Below the pieces are notes generated by a model, which saw only the letters and a list, made by a program, of their open reading frames with translations, was not told where the DNA came from and searched no databases. A program made the position numbers and the translations under genes. Shown one piece after another: positions 58,277 through 64,000 of a DNA stretch of 64,000 bases. The DNA comes from an uncultured Cryomorphaceae bacterium (GTDB lineage Bacteria; Bacteroidota; Bacteroidia; Flavobacteriales; Schleiferiaceae). Each line of letters opens with the position of its first letter. The stretch's first letter is position 1. The stretch spans positions 19,765 through 83,764 of the forward strand of contig CAJWZE010000001.1 of NCBI GenBank assembly GCA_913049845.1, in the 5' to 3' direction.

Positions 58277-58937
58277 AGGAATTCCAAATATCTCTGTTCG
58301 GTGATGGTGCTTCAAAAACTAAGGGGCTTCCGTTGATGGCACTAGGAAGTTCGATTGATCTTGCGTGAAGCGCGATTTGCAGCGGTTGATATTCAGCTTC
58401 CGATTTGTATTTCTCGTCGCCAATTATAGGGCACCCGATTTGGCTTAGCTGAGCTCTGATTTGATGAAATCGTCCCGTTTTGGGTTTTATTTCAAGCAAG
58501 TGACCCTTGCTAGATGATGATAAGATTCTATAGCTCAGTTCAGCTTTTTTGGCACCTTTCACCTTGGTGTCCGTGACCAATGCTTTTTTGTTCTTTTGAT
58601 CTGTTAATAGGTAGTGGGTGAGCACACCCTTTTCTTCTCTAGGCACTTTGTTAGTAATAGCCCAATACGTTTTTTGAATTTTCCGCTGCTCAAACCACTT
58701 GTTCAAGGTTTTCAAAGTTTCTCTCTTTTTCGCGAAGAGAACAACTCCACTAGTTACCCGGTCTAGTCGATGAACGACCCCGATATAGGGATTATTAATT
58801 TTTTGCCTTAGGTATTCTCGGTAATTTGATTCGAGATTATTGTGTTCGAAGGGGTTGTCCTCAGTGATTACTCCTGCAGGTTTTTCGACCACTAACAGTT
58901 GGTTTGATTCAAATAAAACACCATCTTTTTTTACCAT
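58275..58937 (-). CDS. RluA family pseudouridine synthase (short form, no S4 domain)
   Basis: HRLDRVTSG catalytic motif and a GRFHQIRAQL motif. Confidence 0.85.
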   Translation of the reverse strand: MVKKDGVLFESNQLLVVEKPAGVITEDNPFEHNNLESNYREYLRQKINNPYIGVVHRLDRVTSGVVLFAKKRETLKTLNKWFEQRKIQKTYWAITNKVPREEKGVLTHYLLTDQKNKKALVTDTKVKGAKKAELSYRILSSSSKGHLLEIKPKTGRFHQIRAQLSQIGCPIIGDEKYKSEAEYQPLQIALHARSIELPSAINGSPLVFEAPSPNRDIWNS

Positions 58938-59016
58938 ACGGGCAAGCTACTGATTTCGCGGGAATTTTATACTGAAGCGCTTCCTTTTGACAAGATTATG
59001 TTGCATCTTCAAGGCA

Positions 59017-60273
59017 ATGAAACGATTGGGTCTTCTATTACTATTTTCCTTTGGTTACCAGTTAGTTACAGCTCAGGTGACTACGGTTCGAATAATGACT
59101 TACAATATCTTGAATTACAGAAATTCCACCAACGAGTGCAACGGGAATACAAACTCTGCAAGCAACAAAGAAATAGCCTTGGATACTATTGTTCGTAACA
59201 TACATCCTCATATCATTTGTTTTCAGGAGGTTGGCGCATCTGCAAACAACTCTACGTATTTGTTGAATAATGCGTTGAATACGTCGAGCGCGATCAATTG
59301 GACGACTACGAATTACACGAATAATAGCTTTTCTTCTCTAACTAATGTCATTGCCTACCGCAGTGACATTTTCGGTTTAATTTCTCAGGAAGTCATCTCC
59401 AAAGATTTGAATAGTAACAATCTTGTTCGCGTGGTGGATGTGGCTCGATTCTATTACAAGGACCCGCTGCTAAGTGCCCAGAGTGACACGGTGACGTTCT
59501 CGGTCATAGTAGCACATTTTAAGGCCGGTAGTGGAACTTCAAATTCTTCACAGCGCGATGCGATGGCTGGTGCCATTATCGATTATATCGAAAACGACGC
59601 AGTCGATCCCAACATTATGTTGATGGGCGACTTTAACATGTACGCATCTTCGGAAAGTGGTTATCAAACCTTAATTGCAGGAAATGGTTATCGTTTTGAG
59701 GACCCAATAAACAGCTCTGGGAGCTGGAACAACAACAGTTCTTTTGCGGCAATTCATACACAGAGTACTAGAAATGGCGGTTCTAACAGCTGTTTTTCTG
59801 GAGGCGGATTGGATGATCGATTCGATCAAATTCTCTGCTCAGAAGAAATCATAGAGGGTGACGATGGAATGGCTTATGTTCCTAATACCTACTTTGCCAT
59901 AGGTAATGACGGAAATCATTTTAATAATCGCATAAATGCGGGTACAAATTACAGCGTAAGTAGTACTGTATTATCGGCACTTTACGCCTTAAGCGACCAC
60001 CTTCCCGTCATTGCAGATTTCGATGTTGATCTTCTAGGTTTGAACACAACAGAGTTGAAAGTGCCCAAATTAGAAAACCCGATGTATCAGCCGGCCCAAT
60101 TGGCTGATTACTACCTGCGTTATAGTCTCGAGATATATTCCTTAGACGGAAGAAAATTATTTGAAAAACCAGAAGGTCAGCCTGCCACTGTACAGGGGCT
60201 CCCATCAGGACTTTACATTGCTCGTTGGTCGAAAGACAGCCAAAGCACAACTTCAAAATTGATGCTATGGTAA
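59017..60273 (+). CDS. Endonuclease/exonuclease/phosphatase (EEP) family protein with a T9SS C-terminal sorting domain
   Basis: Corrected start with signal peptide MKRLGLLLLFSFGYQLVTAQ. The EEP motifs are MTYNILN, ICFQEV, GDFN and SDHLPV. A beta-rich C-terminal tail ends SKLMLW. Confidence 0.8.
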   Translation: MKRLGLLLLFSFGYQLVTAQVTTVRIMTYNILNYRNSTNECNGNTNSASNKEIALDTIVRNIHPHIICFQEVGASANNSTYLLNNALNTSSAINWTTTNYTNNSFSSLTNVIAYRSDIFGLISQEVISKDLNSNNLVRVVDVARFYYKDPLLSAQSDTVTFSVIVAHFKAGSGTSNSSQRDAMAGAIIDYIENDAVDPNIMLMGDFNMYASSESGYQTLIAGNGYRFEDPINSSGSWNNNSSFAAIHTQSTRNGGSNSCFSGGGLDDRFDQILCSEEIIEGDDGMAYVPNTYFAIGNDGNHFNNRINAGTNYSVSSTVLSALYALSDHLPVIADFDVDLLGLNTTELKVPKLENPMYQPAQLADYYLRYSLEIYSLDGRKLFEKPEGQPATVQGLPSGLYIARWSKDSQSTTSKLMLW

Positions 60274-62387
60274 GAAGGTTATTTACTGTTTTACTTCTCT
60301 TACCTGTTCTTGGGTTCGGTCAAGGATTTGAAGAATTTCAAACCACCAGAGCTAATGTTCGTTTGAGTGCCACCAATGTAGGAACGTTTGGAAACGCTTT
60401 CCGTGGTTACCGCGACGGATCTGGAACACCGTCGATGGAATATCCGGCGGGGTCAGGGATTGAACACCTTTTTGAAGGTGGACTTTGGCTTGGCGGCTTG
60501 GACAATGGGGTTGTTCGCGTCAGCACCTCGGCATATGATGCGCCGCAGGGATATGCTCCGGGGCGCGGCGGCTTTGAGTTTAATGCTGTACAAGGTGCAA
60601 ATGTTGTTGAAAAAAGCTCATTGCGTTCGTCGCCTAACTATAGAGCAGATGGCGTCAGTCACCAAGATTTTATTGCAAGCTTTAACGACAGTGAAATTCT
60701 AGTCCCAGGTACTAGTATTCCGATTAATAATCACATTAACCCTATGAATCTTCAAGTGGATATGGCGGTTTATAACTGGGAATATTCATTTACCGATTTT
60801 ATGGTCATTGTTGACCTCACCATTACGAATGGTTCGAACAATACCTACGAGGATTTTTATGTAGGGCTGTGGAACAATACCGTAGTTCGCAATATTAATA
60901 TTACTCCAGCGGGTGCAGGAGGTGCAACCTTCTATTCGCAAGGCGGGAATGGCTTTATAGACAGTTTGAATTTAGCCTATTGTTACGATCGTAATGGAGA
61001 TGTTGGTTTTACAGACAGCTATGTAGGTCAAATGTTCCTAGGCGCTGAAGATAAGAACGGGTTCCAACACCCTCAGGTGAGTACTGGTACTAAGGTGAAT
61101 TACAACGCTTGGGTGTTTAATAATAGTGGTGCCAATACCTTCTTCTTTCCAACCTCAGACCAGCAGCGTTATTTAAAGATGTCGGACGGGTTTAATCAGC
61201 ATCCGTGTTGGAACGATCCTACAAGTGCGGCTTGTGTAACGACTATGGACGTCGACTTACAGTCTGAGCTCAACGCTTTGGGCAACCGTTCGGATTTAGT
61301 TTCTGTAGGACCATTTGACGACTATCAGCCTGGCGATGAAATCAAGGCAAGTTTTGCCTATGTCGTGGCTAAGAAATACGAGGACGGTTTACCTAACGGC
61401 TCCAACAACGCCACACAACAAACTTATTTGTTAGACGCTGCCAACTGGGCGCAGCGCACGTATAATGGTGAGGATGCCAACTTTAATGGAATACTAGATG
61501 AAGGTGAGGATAAAGACGGCAACGGTATTATTACACGATTCATTTTACCTTCGCCGCCAGAGACTCCGATCATTCGTGTTGAACCAGGCGACGGCGAGTG
61601 TACCATTTATTGGGCAGATAATTCTCGATTGAGCGTAGATCCTATTTCCAAAAAGCAGGACTTTGAGGGGTATAATATTTATGCAACGCAAACCGGATTT
61701 GATGTGTTCGGAACACCGGATTTACAGAACGATTTAGAATTGGTAGCAAGTTTTGATTCATTGGCTAATGACTATGGCTTTAACAATGGGTTTTTACCAG
61801 TTAAATTGGTCACGCCTGTAACGTTTGATGGCGATACCAATGAATATGCATTTGCCTACACGTTAAACCCACTTCCCAACGGTTGGCAGACAGCAGTAGC
61901 GGTAACGGCATTTGATAAAGGCGATTTGAACAGCGGACTAGAATCGCTCGAGAGTGCCGCACTGTCGAACGCGGTGAGGGCATTCCCTGGTGCTGGGGCG
62001 AGCAATCTTGATAGTGTGGAGCCATATGTGTACCCGAACCCGTATTACCTCGGTGCGAGTTGGGAAGGGCCGAGTAACTTCCAGGAGGAGAGTCGAAAAT
62101 TGGTCTTTTCTAACCTTCCAAGAAATTCAAAAATCACCATCGGTACCGCTGGTGGTGATTACATAGACAGTTTTGAGCATCATGAAGAGTACGATGGAAC
62201 AGACATTCGCTGGTTCCGCAGCTTTGGGTCAGAAGATCCGTCGCGAAACGTATTCTCAGGTGGTGAACATGCGTGGGATTTGCTTTCCAGAGAGAGTCAG
62301 ATTATTGCGCGCGGTATGTACCTCTATACCGTTGAGGATTTAGAAACAGGAAAATCATTTACAGGAACTTTTTTAATCGTGAAATAA
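60267..62387 (+). CDS. Secreted protein of unknown family (Ca-binding-like D-x-D-x-D-G loop; C-terminal beta-sandwich resembling a sorting or FlgD-Ig-like domain)
   Basis: The corrected start gives MVRRLFTVLLLLPVLGFGQG and overlaps the upstream stop (ATGGTAA). DEGEDKDGNGI is present. The C-terminus reads YPNPYY...GMYLYTVEDL...GTFLIVK. Confidence 0.55.
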   Translation: MVRRLFTVLLLLPVLGFGQGFEEFQTTRANVRLSATNVGTFGNAFRGYRDGSGTPSMEYPAGSGIEHLFEGGLWLGGLDNGVVRVSTSAYDAPQGYAPGRGGFEFNAVQGANVVEKSSLRSSPNYRADGVSHQDFIASFNDSEILVPGTSIPINNHINPMNLQVDMAVYNWEYSFTDFMVIVDLTITNGSNNTYEDFYVGLWNNTVVRNINITPAGAGGATFYSQGGNGFIDSLNLAYCYDRNGDVGFTDSYVGQMFLGAEDKNGFQHPQVSTGTKVNYNAWVFNNSGANTFFFPTSDQQRYLKMSDGFNQHPCWNDPTSAACVTTMDVDLQSELNALGNRSDLVSVGPFDDYQPGDEIKASFAYVVAKKYEDGLPNGSNNATQQTYLLDAANWAQRTYNGEDANFNGILDEGEDKDGNGIITRFILPSPPETPIIRVEPGDGECTIYWADNSRLSVDPISKKQDFEGYNIYATQTGFDVFGTPDLQNDLELVASFDSLANDYGFNNGFLPVKLVTPVTFDGDTNEYAFAYTLNPLPNGWQTAVAVTAFDKGDLNSGLESLESAALSNAVRAFPGAGASNLDSVEPYVYPNPYYLGASWEGPSNFQEESRKLVFSNLPRNSKITIGTAGGDYIDSFEHHEEYDGTDIRWFRSFGSEDPSRNVFSGGEHAWDLLSRESQIIARGMYLYTVEDLETGKSFTGTFLIVK

Positions 62388-64000
62388 TGAAAAGAGTCGT
62401 TTTACTTTTTGTAGTGCTTTTTGGCTTGTCAGTCAATGCACAGAGCTACGTGTCCATTTCGGACATTAACTATGTAAGCCCAACAGATTTGGCAGCATGT
62501 AATGATACTTCGTCCTATCTGGGCCAGACAGTAATTACTCGCGGTGTTGTAGTGACACCAGGTAATGTGACGGAAGTAGCTTCAGGTTCAGTAACCGGTG
62601 GAGCCCGCCCTTTTATCTTCATTCAAGATACCACAGTCGGGGGTCAGAGTTCTCCATTCGCAGGTATTGAGGTGATGGGTGTATACACGAGCAGCACAGG
62701 TTCATTGCAAGTACCCGCAACATTTACCCAAGCGCTACCGGGAGATATCGTGGAGGTTAAAGGTGTGGTTGGCGAGTACAACGGCTCCAACCAATTGTCA
62801 TTGGCTGATGCCAACTCGTTTAGCATTGTGAATACGACTACAGATCCTGTGGTAAGCGATACGATTACCGTTGGTGATCTTAACGACGCACAGTTCGTGA
62901 ATAACGTTACAACGGGTGAGCAGTATGAGGGGTCTTTTGTGACTTTGTCAGACGTGACTGTTACGCAGGTGATTCCATTCAGTGGAAACCGTGTGAGCTT
63001 CAACATTGTCGATGGAAACGGTAATGCAATGAACGTAAGTGATCGATTCCTTGCTCAAAAATTGAGCTCATGGACGACGGTAAACCCTAATTCTCCCCAG
63101 ACTCAAGGTTCATTTGTGCCACCAGTACCTGGGACATTCTACAACTCGATTTCGGGTGTGGTCCGTCACGATGCAAACGGATGTACAGGGGATAACGGTC
63201 GTGGTTACGAGATCAACCCGTTTGCCGCTTCACACTATGATATTGGCTATGCGCCGCCCTACATCGCCAACTTTGAGCGCGATCCTTCGATTCCCACCTC
63301 AAACCAGGATGTCGAGATTGTATGTACCATTACAGATTTTGACGGTAGCGTAGATTCTGTAGCCTTTGTATGGAGTGCTATTGACACGCAATCGGTGGCT
63401 AATTTCACTGTAGACCCTATGACATTAGTAACGGGTACTACCGATGAATTTGAATTTGAGATTCCACAGCAGGCCAACGGTACGCTGGTGCGTTACTACA
63501 TCTATGCAAAAGACGACGACGGCAATGAAAGTTACTTGCCTTCGAAGCCGATCAATCAGGCAACACCAAACTTTGACTTCTATACTGTTCGTGATAACGG
63601 TTTGATTATCCCGGATATTCAGTTCACGTATAATTCAAACGGAGCTTCTTCTTTGAATGGTGCGGAGGTAACTGTGAAAGGTATTGTGACGGCTTCAACT
63701 AAAATTGGCGATCTAGGCTTCTTGTACATCCAAGATGAAAATGCAACATCTTGGGCGGGTATCTGGTGTGTCGGAATTGGCCTTAACACCTATTACCGCA
63801 ATGAAGAAGTTGAGGTTACAGGCTTTGTTGAAGAGTTCTATGGAATGACTCGATTAAATGTGACTTCTTCGAGCAAGACTGGTAACCTGGGTTCTATTAC
63901 ACCTTTGGTAATTGATCCATCGGATTCAGCGAGCTATGCAAACTTCGGTTGGGAGCCTTACGAGAGTATGTTAGTTCGTTACGAGGATCCAAACAACAGT
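62387..64000 (+). CDS. Large secreted protein, 3'-truncated by the window edge, with repeated OB-fold-like modules
   Basis: Not in the ORF track because there is no stop in the window. I translated it by hand: the ATG overlaps the upstream TAA (TAATG), the signal peptide is MKRVVLLFVVLFGLSVNAQS, and the frame is open for 538 codons to nt 64000. The module I.DI...G..V.V.G.VT...F.YIQD...AGI.V...G.EV.V.G.V.E%.G is seen twice. Confidence 0.65.
   Translation, partial: MKRVVLLFVVLFGLSVNAQSYVSISDINYVSPTDLAACNDTSSYLGQTVITRGVVVTPGNVTEVASGSVTGGARPFIFIQDTTVGGQSSPFAGIEVMGVYTSSTGSLQVPATFTQALPGDIVEVKGVVGEYNGSNQLSLADANSFSIVNTTTDPVVSDTITVGDLNDAQFVNNVTTGEQYEGSFVTLSDVTVTQVIPFSGNRVSFNIVDGNGNAMNVSDRFLAQKLSSWTTVNPNSPQTQGSFVPPVPGTFYNSISGVVRHDANGCTGDNGRGYEINPFAASHYDIGYAPPYIANFERDPSIPTSNQDVEIVCTITDFDGSVDSVAFVWSAIDTQSVANFTVDPMTLVTGTTDEFEFEIPQQANGTLVRYYIYAKDDDGNESYLPSKPINQATPNFDFYTVRDNGLIIPDIQFTYNSNGASSLNGAEVTVKGIVTASTKIGDLGFLYIQDENATSWAGIWCVGIGLNTYYRNEEVEVTGFVEEFYGMTRLNVTSSSKTGNLGSITPLVIDPSDSASYANFGWEPYESMLVRYEDPNNS

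Noticed and set aside
1-64000. CRISPR arrays, rRNA genes, IS elements and prophage genes
   Set aside because: I saw no regularly spaced short repeats, no rRNA-like sequence, no transposase or DDE motif, and no phage structural genes in any frame of the track. The only tandem repeats are coding (the DUF285 repeats and the GEVED-protein duplication).

Overview
This is a 64-kb chromosomal segment that looks like Bacteroidota, probably Flavobacteriia-like. The lineage call is inferred from several observations. At least four ORFs end in T9SS (Por) C-terminal sorting domains. Several genes and the tRNA are preceded by TAnnTTTG -7 boxes. There is a GEVED-domain giant protein, a panC / short glgA-like / DUF4270 / glmS gene order, and little Shine-Dalgarno usage. 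I call about 57 CDS and one tRNA (anticodon CAT). I saw no rRNA, CRISPR array, transposase or integrase. Most of the window is tightly packed housekeeping: rplM-rpsI, rpsB-tsf, pyrH-frr, glmS, pgi, radA, panCD, rbfA, dusB, ExbB/ExbD, ABC transporters and peptidases. Many gene pairs abut or overlap. Many track ORFs carry spurious N-terminal extensions, so I give corrected starts where a signal peptide, a family N-terminus or an upstream terminator supports them. The one clear accessory segment is a roughly 3.9-kb AT-rich islet (54367-58276) inserted between the tRNA and the convergent rluA gene. It is bounded by 37/38-nt direct repeats that are two copies of one terminator hairpin. It carries a stand-alone DUF262-DUF1524 (GmrSD-like) nuclease, a DUF285/BspA-type LRR lipoprotein and a small outer-membrane barrel. 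It also carries its own repeated intergenic modules, but no mobility gene. Other items worth follow-up are listed below. (1) A T9SS-sorted protein joins a haem-c CxxCH motif to a PHM/DBH-like two-copper monooxygenase signature. (2) A translationally coupled three-gene secreted cluster lies at the right edge (EEP nuclease/phosphatase, unknown protein, giant OB-fold-like repeat protein). (3) A 615-nt tandem duplication sits inside the GEVED protein. All functional calls come from reading motifs by eye. No database search was possible.
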